Assembly (NCBI GenBank): GCA_903944345.1
Contig: CAJARJ010000011.1
Coordinates: forward strand, 3,460 to 67,459
DNA: 64,000 nucleotides
Reading direction: 5' to 3'
Origin: Candidatus Omnitrophota bacterium
GTDB taxonomy: Bacteria > Omnitrophota > Gorgyraeia > Zapsychrales > Fredricksoniimonadaceae
The notes under the pieces are model-generated. The model was not told the DNA's origin, did not search any database, and saw nothing but the letters and a program-made list of their open reading frames with translations. A program made the translations under genes and the position numbers. Positions 49,206-59,018 of the stretch are shown one piece after another. The number at the start of each line of letters is the position of its first letter. Position 1 is the first letter of the stretch.

Positions 49206-50492
49206 TCACAAAAAAGAAAGCTGTCCGCGAACCTGTTTGCGCTGCAGCTCATCAAAAATACGAATCACGCCATATTCCCCGTCATACCCGGCCTGAATAG
49301 TGATCCGTCCCTCACGCATCAGACGAATCCCTTCCGCCAGAACATCTCCCCCCGCTGCCGCAATATCAGGCAAAGAATAATCCATAAGAATGGAAAGTTC
49401 CGGCCCCAGCCGGGACACAAGATCAAACCAGGCCTGGCGAACCTGCTTCGACTGGGAGCCAACCCCGCGGGATTCGGCAATGACTTCCTCGAGAGGGACA
49501 AGATTGAAATATGGCCTTGCCCTCATGCCCCGACGACCTTGCGGATGATCAGCCAAAGACTCAATTCTGGACATCACCCCCGTAGTAACGGCCTTGCCGC
49601 AGACAGGACACGCTCCGCCATACCAGGCCGTTTCCCGGGGATGAAGGCGTGTCTTGCAGTCGCGGTGACCGTCGTAATGATACTTGCCTTCTTCAGGAAA
49701 AAATTCGATAGTGCCTGTCATTCCGGGATCATTCCGGTCGGCTAAAGCTCGATATACCCCGGCATAGGAAAAATCCGTATCAAACAGATTCGCCTCACGA
49801 CCGAGTTTGGAAACAGAATGCGCGTCCGAATTTGAAATCAGAATAAACTCATCCAGACCCGAAAGTCGCCAGTTCATTCCTGGATCAGACGAAAGCCCTG
49901 TTTCAAGGGCAAAAATATGAGGTGTCAGATCTTCAAAACATTCCCTCACCGAATCAAAACCGCTAGCCGCCCCCAGAACCGAAAACCACGGGGTCCAGAT
50001 ATGGGCCGGAACAAACAGAACATGGGGATCGCATTCCAGTGCCAGAGCCAGCAGGTCTTTGGCATCCAGACCCAGTATGGGCCGTCCGTCAGACTTGATG
50101 TTCCCCAACGCAGCCAGACGCTGCTGAAAAGAACGACAGGCCTCCAACGAAGAAAAGATCACAACACAATGAACCTTACGTACCCGCCCGTTCTTTTTGT
50201 AGATACACGAAATCTCGGTGGAAAGCACAAACCGCACCTCCCTGCGACAGGAGGCAGGAACCTGTGCCGCCAACCCCGAAGCTATAGACGGAACAAGCCG
50301 AAGAAAACCGTTGTCGTCCGGCTCGGTCTTTTTTTCCAGTTCGTCGAGCCAGAGAGGATGAATGCAGTCACCGGTACCGACAAGTCCGATCCCCTTATAC
50401 TGCCCCCACAACCAGAGGTTTTCGGGTGTCAGATCAGAGGATGTGGCCCGGGAAAATCGGGAATGGATATGCAGATCGGCAACAAACTTCAT
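49206..50492 (-). CDS. PHP-domain phosphoesterase with a Zn-ribbon, EndoQ-like (COG1379).
   Basis: N-terminal ADLHIHSRFS PHP motif. GGACPVCGKAV zinc ribbon. ATGA overlap with the upstream gene. Confidence 0.6.
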   Translation of the reverse strand: MKFVADLHIHSRFSRATSSDLTPENLWLWGQYKGIGLVGTGDCIHPLWLDELEKKTEPDDNGFLRLVPSIASGLAAQVPASCRREVRFVLSTEISCIYKKNGRVRKVHCVVIFSSLEACRSFQQRLAALGNIKSDGRPILGLDAKDLLALALECDPHVLFVPAHIWTPWFSVLGAASGFDSVRECFEDLTPHIFALETGLSSDPGMNWRLSGLDEFILISNSDAHSVSKLGREANLFDTDFSYAGVYRALADRNDPGMTGTIEFFPEEGKYHYDGHRDCKTRLHPRETAWYGGACPVCGKAVTTGVMSRIESLADHPQGRRGMRARPYFNLVPLEEVIAESRGVGSQSKQVRQAWFDLVSRLGPELSILMDYSLPDIAAAGGDVLAEGIRLMREGRITIQAGYDGEYGVIRIFDELQRKQVRGQLSFL

Positions 50493-51862
50493 TTAAACTC
50501 CAGCACCCGCCAGGCGGTTTCGTCCAGAGTCATGGCATGCCTGGAACTCTTTGCACTTACAAGTATCCGGTCCGGATTACCCAGAAACGACAAAGGTATT
50601 CGGAAGTGCAGTTCTTTCTCCTGCGAAACAAAAAACACCTCATCGCCCGAAAGTCGCTGCCGACCGCGGCGGACTGTCAACTCTCCACCGGAAACGTGAA
50701 GAAATATTTTGGGCATCATGGAAAACTCCAGAGCCGGGCTGTACCCCAGCAGCGCCAGCGTCAGTGAAACATCTTTATCAACCTTACGGTGTAAATCCAT
50801 CTTGACCAGAAGCTCGCCGTTCCTGCGGGCAAAAGCCAGGCCGGAAATATCTTCCGAACGGACGGTCCGACCAGGAATTCCTGCCCCGTCCACCTGCCCT
50901 GCATAAGCCCATGATTCGATCTCCTGCGACGATTCAGTTACCCGCAAGACAGGATAATCTCCGAACAACTCGTTTTTTCTGGCAAATGTCGGCAGATAAC
51001 TCGGTGCATATTTGTTTTGAGAAACGTACCGCCTGATCGCTGTATATTTCGTGCGCAGCTCGTCTTCCCCAAGTCCGCAGTAATACCAGAAAACTGCGCT
51101 GCTTTCCAAAGAGACCGGCGCACTCAATGGCAAATCCGGACGATACCCCCTGGGCAAAGGCCAACCGGTAATATGCACCAGATAAGGATACACTTCAGGA
51201 GAAGGAATGTCTTTTGCAACATCCCACAACGCTACGCGCAGAAACAAATAAAGCGCCCGGTGATCCCGATTGGAATCCGCCGGATGTGACACAAAAACCT
51301 TGGTCGGCCTGAACGCATAAAGAACCGATTTGAGATCGCGAAGAATATTGTCCCCAAGATAAGGTGCCCCAGGTGAAAGAGCATTATCATAAGGCACGGC
51401 ACGAACCCTGGAAAGCATTGCTCGTAAAGGCCTGGCCTCTGCCCAATGGTACTTGAAAATATCCATTGTCCCAAAATCAGGATACCCCAGAAGGATTACG
51501 TCCTTATCGGAAAGACCCAAAAAAGCGACCGCAGCAATAGCCTCGGCATAACGCATCTTTCCCATAGAAAGAATCTCGGAAGGGCGAAGAACCGGACGCT
51601 TCTTGTAAACCATAAACGAGAGTTCGTTATTCTCCCCGCTGGTCAGAAGAACAACCCGGACACTGGCCCCTGCCGCAATGGCTTTTTGTATCACTCCACC
51701 GACCGCAATCGCCTCGTCGTCAGGATGCGGAGCCAGAACCAGAACCCTGTCCTTGTCTGTAAAGTCGGAAAGAGGCCCCATGGCCAGCCCCCAGACGTGC
51801 GAGGCCTGAAGACAAAGAATGCCGCAGACAAGAGCAAATGAACGAGAAAAAAATCCCATCAT
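50489..51862 (-). CDS. PIG-L/LmbE family N-acetylglucosaminyl deacetylase with a C-terminal extension.
   Basis: PHPDDE motif. Start taken at the ATGA overlap with the upstream permease stop. Confidence 0.65.
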   Translation of the reverse strand: MMGFFSRSFALVCGILCLQASHVWGLAMGPLSDFTDKDRVLVLAPHPDDEAIAVGGVIQKAIAAGASVRVVLLTSGENNELSFMVYKKRPVLRPSEILSMGKMRYAEAIAAVAFLGLSDKDVILLGYPDFGTMDIFKYHWAEARPLRAMLSRVRAVPYDNALSPGAPYLGDNILRDLKSVLYAFRPTKVFVSHPADSNRDHRALYLFLRVALWDVAKDIPSPEVYPYLVHITGWPLPRGYRPDLPLSAPVSLESSAVFWYYCGLGEDELRTKYTAIRRYVSQNKYAPSYLPTFARKNELFGDYPVLRVTESSQEIESWAYAGQVDGAGIPGRTVRSEDISGLAFARRNGELLVKMDLHRKVDKDVSLTLALLGYSPALEFSMMPKIFLHVSGGELTVRRGRQRLSGDEVFFVSQEKELHFRIPLSFLGNPDRILVSAKSSRHAMTLDETAWRVLEFK

Positions 51863-53151
51863 CTGCTCCAGATGACCCATATAAAAATATAGGCCGCAGC
51901 TACCGCCACCAGTGTAAAAGGAACACCAATCCGTCCAAATTCCTTAAACCCGACCGTATAGCCTTCTTTCTTGAGCAATCCACAGGCCACAATATTTGCA
52001 GAAGCGCCTATAGGGGTAATATTCCCTCCCAAACTGGCTCCAATCAGCAACCCAAAAAGAAAAAGTGACGGATCGATGCCTAACTTTGCCGCCATTGACA
52101 TGGCCACCGGAAGCATCGCCGCCAGAAAAGGCACATTATCTATAAACGCCGATAAAATCATAGAAAGAAAAACCAATACTGTATAACCCAGGAACAAATT
52201 GGTCCCCACCATCCCGGCCAGAAATTCAGCAGCCCGGTCAATCCAGCCGGTTTGGGTCACGGCTCCCACCAAAACAAAGACCCCCATCAGAAAAAACGTG
52301 GTGTCCCAATCGAGGCCCTTGAGCTGAGCCCGAATCTTTCCCTTAAAAACAAACTTCTCCCATATAAGAGAAAGGAAGCCAAAAACCATACACAAAATTC
52401 CGGCCATATAAGAGAATCCGGTATCAAAAAATGATGTGACCGCCAGTAAAACAATCAGACTGACCAGAATAAAAGTTGGCCCCCAGGATTCCACTTTCTC
52501 AACCAGTTCAAACGACTGCTTCTCGGGCATGCCGCGAAACACCGACTTCAGAATAAAAAAGGATGCCAAAGCTCCAAACTGAACAGCAAAAAAGATGCCT
52601 GGCCGACCATGGTAGAAAAAGAAATCAAAGAAGGTCATCTTGGCAAAACCACCCAAGAGCATGCTGGGAGGATCCCCGATCAAGGTGGCCGTTCCCTGCA
52701 AATTACTGGAAACCGCAATAGCAATCATAATTGGTACCGGAGAAATCTTCATCTTCTTGGCCATCGCCAGGGCCAGCGGAGCCACGATAAGAACGGTTGC
52801 GACATTCTCAACAAACGCCGAAATAAACGAAGTCATGGCACAAACCGCCAGCAAGGCTCCCGCCGTTGTCCGGCATCCCGCCACGATCCGTTCCGCCAAA
52901 AAAGCCGGAACCCTGCTTTTCATAAAAATATCGGCAACCGCAAGCGTTCCAACAAAAATCCCCATGACATTCCAGTTCACTGCCAGAAAAGCCTGATGCG
53001 GGGTCAACACCCCGCAAACAACCAGAAACAGACTACCGACCACCGCAATCAGAGTTCGCCGGGTGGAGAAAATAATAAACAACACATACGCCAGAATAAA
53101 AACAGTCAACGCGATCAGGGAATAATCCATAACATCCTTTCTTGCCCGCAA
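51859..53151 (-). CDS. ArsB/NhaD-superfamily anion permease.
   Basis: 430 aa, about 11-12 TM helices. Internal-repeat topology typical of this superfamily. Confidence 0.55.
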   Translation of the reverse strand: MRARKDVMDYSLIALTVFILAYVLFIIFSTRRTLIAVVGSLFLVVCGVLTPHQAFLAVNWNVMGIFVGTLAVADIFMKSRVPAFLAERIVAGCRTTAGALLAVCAMTSFISAFVENVATVLIVAPLALAMAKKMKISPVPIMIAIAVSSNLQGTATLIGDPPSMLLGGFAKMTFFDFFFYHGRPGIFFAVQFGALASFFILKSVFRGMPEKQSFELVEKVESWGPTFILVSLIVLLAVTSFFDTGFSYMAGILCMVFGFLSLIWEKFVFKGKIRAQLKGLDWDTTFFLMGVFVLVGAVTQTGWIDRAAEFLAGMVGTNLFLGYTVLVFLSMILSAFIDNVPFLAAMLPVAMSMAAKLGIDPSLFLFGLLIGASLGGNITPIGASANIVACGLLKKEGYTVGFKEFGRIGVPFTLVAVAAAYIFIWVIWSR

Positions 53152-53243
53152 AGTAAAAGAGGTCTATAATCCTAACAAATCTTAAAGAGTGTATTCTACA
53201 AACAAAATCCAAATAACCCAGCACATTTTTCCGGAAGGTTTTC

Positions 53244-54062
53244 ATGAATACCCCTTGCCCAATCATCAGCGACTATCACATGCACACGCCTTTATGCGGG
53301 CATGCCAGTGGCGAACCCCGCCTTTACGCGGAACGAGCCGTACAAGCCGGAATCAAAGAGATCGGTTTCTCCGATCATGCCCCTCTTTTTTCGCATCAGG
53401 ATCCCACGGTCGCGATGAATATTTCCCAACTGCCAGGATATCTCCAGATGATCGAAACTGTCCGCAACGAATTTAAAGGAAGACTAGACGTCCTGATTGC
53501 CATTGAAGCGGACTTTATCCCCGGTTTTGAGGCCCAGACCCGCGAGCTCCTCAGCGACTATCCGTATGACTACGTCATCGGCTCTGTTCACTTCATCGAG
53601 AAATGGGGATTTGACAATCCGATACAGCTCAAGGAATGGGATGCGCGCGATGTCAATGATGTTTACCGGGAATACTTTCGCCTGGTGAGAGAAAGCGCAC
53701 TTTCAGGTTTGTTTGATATCCTCGGGCATGTCGATCTGGTCAAAAAGTTCGGTTTTATTCCGACGGTCGACTTGAGCGACGAAATCGAAGAAAATGCCCG
53801 AGCCTTCAAGCAAGCGGGTGTTGCCGTTGAAATCAACACCTCCGGCCTGCACAAGCCTGCCCAGGAAATCTATCCATCTCTGGAGCATCTGAAAATATAC
53901 AAAAAAGAAGGCGTACCAATCACCTTCGGGTCGGACGCGCACAAGCCAGAACAGGTGGCCAGGGACTTTGCCAAAGGACAACAATGGGCGCTGGCTGCCG
54001 GCTACAAAGAATACGTCCGTTTTGCAAAACGCGCCGTCATAGCAACCGTTCCTCTGAAATAA
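53244..54062 (+). CDS. PHP-family histidinol-phosphatase-like phosphoesterase (HisJ/HisK type).
   Basis: DYHMHT...GHASG N-terminal PHP motif. 272 aa. Confidence 0.7.
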   Translation: MNTPCPIISDYHMHTPLCGHASGEPRLYAERAVQAGIKEIGFSDHAPLFSHQDPTVAMNISQLPGYLQMIETVRNEFKGRLDVLIAIEADFIPGFEAQTRELLSDYPYDYVIGSVHFIEKWGFDNPIQLKEWDARDVNDVYREYFRLVRESALSGLFDILGHVDLVKKFGFIPTVDLSDEIEENARAFKQAGVAVEINTSGLHKPAQEIYPSLEHLKIYKKEGVPITFGSDAHKPEQVARDFAKGQQWALAAGYKEYVRFAKRAVIATVPLK

Positions 54063-54066
54063 CGGA

Positions 54067-55284
54067 TCAGCCCCCAAAGCGCCGTACCACATAATTTTCC
54101 AGAAGGGCAATAAACTCTTCCTTGATCTGTTCGCCTTTGAGGACTACACTTTTTTCTCCATCAATATAAACAGGAGCCGACGGATCCTCCGCCCGCCCTG
54201 GCAGACTGATCCCGATGTCCGCATGCCGGCTTTCGCCGGGACCGTTAACCACACACCCCATCACCGCGATTTTGAGCTGCTCGACTCCCTTGTATTGCGC
54301 CCTCCAGACGGGCATGCGCAAGGCAACGTATTCACGGATCGATCCCGAAAGCTCCTGAAAGTAAGCGCTTTTTGTCCGACCGCAGCCGGGACAACTGGTG
54401 ACCGAGGCGATAAAATAACGCAGCCCCATAGATTGCAGAAGTTCCTGACAGACAGCAACCTCCCGAGATCGAGCCGTGCCTGGCTCCGGAGTAAGGGAGA
54501 CACGAATCGTATCGCCAATGCCTTTCTGCAAAAGAATAGCCAACGCCGCAGAGCTGGCTGTGATGCCCTTAACCCCGGACCCCGCCTCGGTCAACCCCAG
54601 GTGCAGAACATAATCACACTCACGGGCAAGGCGCTCATAAACCTCTACCATATCCTGCAGCACGGACAACTTGGCACTGAGCACCAATTTTTCTTCCGGC
54701 AGACCGCATTCAATAGCCCGCCGGGCACTCTCGAGGGCACTTTGAACAATGGCGTCCATAATGATCTGCCGGACACTGCTCGGACTGGCCGCAGCAGTGT
54801 TTCGGTCCATCAGTTCCGCCAGCAGGTCACGGTCAAGAGAACCCCAATTAACCCCGATGCGTACTGCCTTGCCGTTATCTACCGCAATCTTTATCATGGC
54901 CGAAAACGGATCATCCTGCTCCCGCATACGTCCGACATTGCCCGGATTAATACGGTATTTGTCCAAGCCAGCAGCCAGATCAGGATGTTTTTGCAAAAGC
55001 AGATGACCGTTAAAATGGAAATCGCCTGCAATCGGAGTTGTGATTCCTGCCGCCCGCAACCGGCCAATAGCCTCCACCGCACCGTTGGCCGCGGCATCAT
55101 CGTTGATCGTCCAGCGGACCAGTTCACAGCCTGACTCGACCAGCTCCAGCGTCTGTTCAACCGTCGCCGTCGCATCCGCGGTCGGCGTATCGGTCATCGA
55201 CTGGATCAGAACCGGAAAATCCGACCCCATTGTCATGGATCCTATGCTAACAGCCGGAGTCTTCCGGCGAATAATATGTGCCAT
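54067..55284 (-). CDS. ispG: 4-hydroxy-3-methylbut-2-en-1-yl diphosphate synthase IspG (GcpE).
   Basis: Start MAHIIRRKT with RBS AAGGAAAA. Conserved VRISLTPEPG...C-terminal CxxC...C 4Fe-4S domain (VTSCPGCGRT). Confidence 0.85.
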   Translation of the reverse strand: MAHIIRRKTPAVSIGSMTMGSDFPVLIQSMTDTPTADATATVEQTLELVESGCELVRWTINDDAAANGAVEAIGRLRAAGITTPIAGDFHFNGHLLLQKHPDLAAGLDKYRINPGNVGRMREQDDPFSAMIKIAVDNGKAVRIGVNWGSLDRDLLAELMDRNTAAASPSSVRQIIMDAIVQSALESARRAIECGLPEEKLVLSAKLSVLQDMVEVYERLARECDYVLHLGLTEAGSGVKGITASSAALAILLQKGIGDTIRVSLTPEPGTARSREVAVCQELLQSMGLRYFIASVTSCPGCGRTKSAYFQELSGSIREYVALRMPVWRAQYKGVEQLKIAVMGCVVNGPGESRHADIGISLPGRAEDPSAPVYIDGEKSVVLKGEQIKEEFIALLENYVVRRFGG

Positions 55285-55412
55285 GCCGTTTTCCTTGTTA
55301 TTGAGTATCAACCATTTTCTGTGCGGCTTTATTTCAAAGCAAGTTTGCCGATAGCCCCAGAAAACATGGTATAATATCACATTTATAGTGTAACCACATC
55401 AGGATGCTTGAG

Positions 55413-56333
55413 ATGAAAATTTTTCTCGCAAGAACACAGGGGTTTTGTGCCGGTGTCGCCCGCGCCATCGAAACGGTCGAACAGGCACTGGCTACCTGCG
55501 GAACTCCGCTTTATATCTTTCACGAAATCGTGCACAATACAGCGGTGGTTGAAAGCTTTCGCTCGCACGGAGTCACTTTCGTCGACGACATCAATCTTGT
55601 CCCGGATGGCAGCCGGGTTATCTTCAGCGCACACGGCGTCCCTCCTGCTGTTGTCGCCCGCGCCGCAGCCAAACAACTGGTCACAATTGACGCCACCTGC
55701 CCGCTGGTCACCCGGGTTCATCAGGAGGCGGTCAAATTCTCCAATAAAGGCATGGACGTTGTGCTGATCGGCCATAAAGGACATGAGGAAGTGACCGGAA
55801 CCGCAGGCCATGTCGATCCGGCACTGCTTCATATCATCCAGAAAAAAGAAGACGTGGAAAAACTGGATATTCCCGCCCATAAAACAATCGGCTTTATAAC
55901 CCAGACGACCCTTTCGGTCGATGACACCCGTGAAATTATTCTCAAACTGCGCGCCCGTTTTCCACGCCTGACGGGGCCAGCCAAGGATAATATCTGCTAC
56001 GCCACACAAAACCGGCAAGATGCCATAAAAGAGCTGGCAGAACAATGCGATCTTATCCTGATCTGCGGATCAGCCAACAGTTCAAACTCAAACCGATTAC
56101 GGGAAAAAGGAGAACAACTGGGAATCGAAAGCCATATCATCGATAACGCCCGGGAACTTGACCTGCAACTTCTGGAAGGCCGGAAAAACATCGGTATCAG
56201 CTCGGGTGCATCGGTTCCGCGCCATATCGTTGAAGACGTCATCGAAAAGATCCGGGAACGGTTTTATCCGCTCGAAATTATGACTTTCGACAACCCGGAA
56301 AAAGATATCCACTTTCCTCTTCCAATCCTATGA
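55413..56333 (+). CDS. ispH: 4-hydroxy-3-methylbut-2-enyl diphosphate reductase IspH (LytB).
   Basis: GFCAGVARAI. Cluster-ligand Cys residues CAGV, DATCPLV and ICYAT are all present. Confidence 0.85.
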   Translation: MKIFLARTQGFCAGVARAIETVEQALATCGTPLYIFHEIVHNTAVVESFRSHGVTFVDDINLVPDGSRVIFSAHGVPPAVVARAAAKQLVTIDATCPLVTRVHQEAVKFSNKGMDVVLIGHKGHEEVTGTAGHVDPALLHIIQKKEDVEKLDIPAHKTIGFITQTTLSVDDTREIILKLRARFPRLTGPAKDNICYATQNRQDAIKELAEQCDLILICGSANSSNSNRLREKGEQLGIESHIIDNARELDLQLLEGRKNIGISSGASVPRHIVEDVIEKIRERFYPLEIMTFDNPEKDIHFPLPIL

Positions 56334-57292
56334 CATTACAATCACTGATACAATCCGGCCTGCCCGTTATTCCAGGGGCTCTGCTGAAAGATTACACCAC
56401 CTTCAGACTGGGCGGCCCCTGCCAGGCCCTGATCGTTTGCTCACAGTCAAGCGAAGTAATCAAAGTCGTTCCCGTCCTGCGCAACCTGAACTGCCCATTT
56501 CTGGTGATGGGTTTTGGCTCGAACATTCTGGCCAGTGATCAGGGGGTTGACCGTATTCTGATCCGCTACTCCAGCGACACTCCCCATATCACCCGTGACG
56601 GAAACCTGCTTACCGTAGATGCCTCTACCCAGCTGGATCAGCTGGTTCTGTTCTCTCTACAGCAGGGACTTCTGGGTCTGGAAAAATTCAGCGGCATTCC
56701 CGGAACTGTCGGCGGTGGAATTGCCGGTAACGCGGGAGCCTATGGTCAACAAATCTCTGACCGGCTGGTATCCCTGCAAATCCTTGCAAACGACACCAGC
56801 GAGCAGAAACTCACCCGCAACGATATTTCTTTCAGTTACAGGGATTCTTCCCTTAAAAGCGATGGCTCAATTATTCTCTCGGCCACTTTCGAACTTTCAC
56901 CCGGTGAGGACGCCGCAAGACTGCTGGCTGACCGGACGGCCCTGCTCATGTCCCGCGAAGAGAAACATGGCCGCTGGAAAGACAATCCTTGTGCCGGTTC
57001 TTTTTTCCGTAATGTCCTGCCCAGTTCCAGTGCCGGCAAACGTGAATCCGCCGGATGGTTTCTGGAGCAGTCCGGGTGCAAAGCCCTTAACATCGGCGGC
57101 GCACATTGCCTGCATACCCACGCAAATATCATAACCCGGGACATCGGCGCTTCGGCCAAAGATGTCTTTGAACTGACACAAATCATGGCAGGAATGGTCA
57201 AAGAAAAGTTCAACATCCAGCTGGAACGGGAAGTTCGTTTGTTAGGAAAGTTTGAAAACGCAACAGACAAGAATCAGGAAGGTTTCTGGTAA
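56330..57292 (+). CDS. murB: UDP-N-acetylenolpyruvoylglucosamine reductase MurB.
   Basis: FAD-binding TFRLGGPCQALI and FGSNIL motifs. 4-bp overlap with ispH. Confidence 0.8.
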   Translation: MTLQSLIQSGLPVIPGALLKDYTTFRLGGPCQALIVCSQSSEVIKVVPVLRNLNCPFLVMGFGSNILASDQGVDRILIRYSSDTPHITRDGNLLTVDASTQLDQLVLFSLQQGLLGLEKFSGIPGTVGGGIAGNAGAYGQQISDRLVSLQILANDTSEQKLTRNDISFSYRDSSLKSDGSIILSATFELSPGEDAARLLADRTALLMSREEKHGRWKDNPCAGSFFRNVLPSSSAGKRESAGWFLEQSGCKALNIGGAHCLHTHANIITRDIGASAKDVFELTQIMAGMVKEKFNIQLEREVRLLGKFENATDKNQEGFW

Positions 57293-57322
57293 ATCCGCAA
57301 CTGCTTGCAGGCCTCAAACAAC

Positions 57323-57772
57323 TTACTCCGTGGAAACCGTCGGCTTGTTATCCAAAGCCCCTTTAAGCGTGTGCCAGGGCAGGATCGCGCATTTGACGCG
57401 GCTGGGATATTTCCATATTCCGGAAAAAACGGTCAGTTTCCCGAGATGATGAGTCTCTTTTCCGGGATCAAGTTCCTTTGTAATCAGACTATGGAACTCC
57501 GCACACAAGGCCCGGGCTTCCTCGACAGTCTTGCCTTGCATGGCCGCGGTCATCATGGAGGCCGAAGCCTTGGAAATCGCACAACCATCCCCCTGAAAAG
57601 CAACCTCCTCGACTATGCCCTCCTGAGACAAACGCACATACACATTCAGATGATCGCCGCATAAAGGGTTGTACCCCTCAGCCTGGCAGGAACACGGAGA
57701 AATTTCACGAAAGTTGCGAGGGTGACGGTTGTGGTCAAGAATGACCTGCTGATACAGTTCGTCATTATCCAT
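57323..57772 (-). CDS. sufU: SufU/IscU-like Fe-S cluster scaffold or sulfurtransferase.
   Basis: Motifs NPLCGD, GDGCAISKASASMM. Confidence 0.75.
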   Translation of the reverse strand: MDNDELYQQVILDHNRHPRNFREISPCSCQAEGYNPLCGDHLNVYVRLSQEGIVEEVAFQGDGCAISKASASMMTAAMQGKTVEEARALCAEFHSLITKELDPGKETHHLGKLTVFSGIWKYPSRVKCAILPWHTLKGALDNKPTVSTE

Positions 57773-57776
57773 GATT

Positions 57777-58997
57777 TTATTTGAATACCTCTATGACTTT
57801 ACGAAGCGCTGTTGCCAGAACATCCAACTCCTCTTTTGTGTTATAAAACGCGAGCGAAGCCCTGGCTGTCGCCGGAATTCCGTAACGCTTCATGACCGGC
57901 TGGGTGCAGTGATGCCCCGTCCGGATGGCCACACCCTCACGATCCAGCAGAGTGCCGATATCATGCGGATGGATCTCCCCCAAAAGAAACGAAAAAACCG
58001 GCGTCTTGTTGTCCGCCGTTCCAATCATGCGTAACCCCGGGACTGCCGTGAGAACTCTTGTCCCATACTCAACCAGAGATTTTTTCCAAGATATAATATC
58101 TTCCCAGCCGAGAGTTCGGACATAGTCGATAGCCGCCCCCATCCCGATAACACCGGCCACGTTGGGTGTTCCCGCCTCAAACTTGTGCGGCAGCCGGTTA
58201 TAAATCACCTGGTCAAAGGTCACGCTCAGGATCATGTCACCTCCGCCCTGATAGGGCGGCATGGCCTCGAGAAGTTTTTCTTTTCCGTAAAGAACGCCTA
58301 CTCCGGTGGGGCCATAAAGCTTATGCCCCGAAAACGCCAGAAAATCAATATCCCAGGCCTGCACATCTATCGGCTCATGCGCTATCCCCTGGGCTGCGTC
58401 CAGCATGAAAAGAGCCCCCACCGCATGAGCATCTTTCGCCATCTCCCTGACCGGATTGACCGTACCCAGAGAATTGGAAACATGCACAACCGACACCAGT
58501 TTTGTTCTGGGTCCAAGCAGGCGACGATACTCATCAAGGCACAACTCGCCTTTGTCCGTCAGAGGAATAACCCTGATCACGCAACCGGTGGCCTCCCGGA
58601 CCATTTGCCATGGCACAATATTGGAGTGGTGCTCCATACCGGAAATGATGATCTCGTCTCCCGGTTTCAGAAAAGTCCGCCCCCACGAATATGCCACCAG
58701 ATTGATAGCTTCAGTCGCCCCCTTGGTAAAAATTATTTCCGACAGGCTTGCGGCATTGAGAAACCGACGCACTTTTTCCCTGGTTGATTCGTACTGGGCC
58801 GTGGCCTCTTCACTCAAATAATGGACGCCCCGATGAATATTGGCCGTGCGGTGGCAATAATGAGAATGTGTCAGGGAAATGACCTGACAAGGCTTGAAGG
58901 TGGTAGCCGCATTATCAAAATAAACAAGGGGTTTATCGTCGCGGGTACGCGTGCGTAAATTGGGAAAGTCCCGGCGAACCTTCTGAATATCCAACAT
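57777..58997 (-). CDS. sufS: Cysteine desulfurase SufS (class V aminotransferase).
   Basis: PLP-lysine region SGHKLYGPTGVGVLYG. Active-site Cys region near the C-terminus HHCTQP. Confidence 0.85.
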   Translation of the reverse strand: MLDIQKVRRDFPNLRTRTRDDKPLVYFDNAATTFKPCQVISLTHSHYCHRTANIHRGVHYLSEEATAQYESTREKVRRFLNAASLSEIIFTKGATEAINLVAYSWGRTFLKPGDEIIISGMEHHSNIVPWQMVREATGCVIRVIPLTDKGELCLDEYRRLLGPRTKLVSVVHVSNSLGTVNPVREMAKDAHAVGALFMLDAAQGIAHEPIDVQAWDIDFLAFSGHKLYGPTGVGVLYGKEKLLEAMPPYQGGGDMILSVTFDQVIYNRLPHKFEAGTPNVAGVIGMGAAIDYVRTLGWEDIISWKKSLVEYGTRVLTAVPGLRMIGTADNKTPVFSFLLGEIHPHDIGTLLDREGVAIRTGHHCTQPVMKRYGIPATARASLAFYNTKEELDVLATALRKVIEVFK

Positions 58998-59018
58998 AGA
59001 ACATCCTTCTATATCCGG

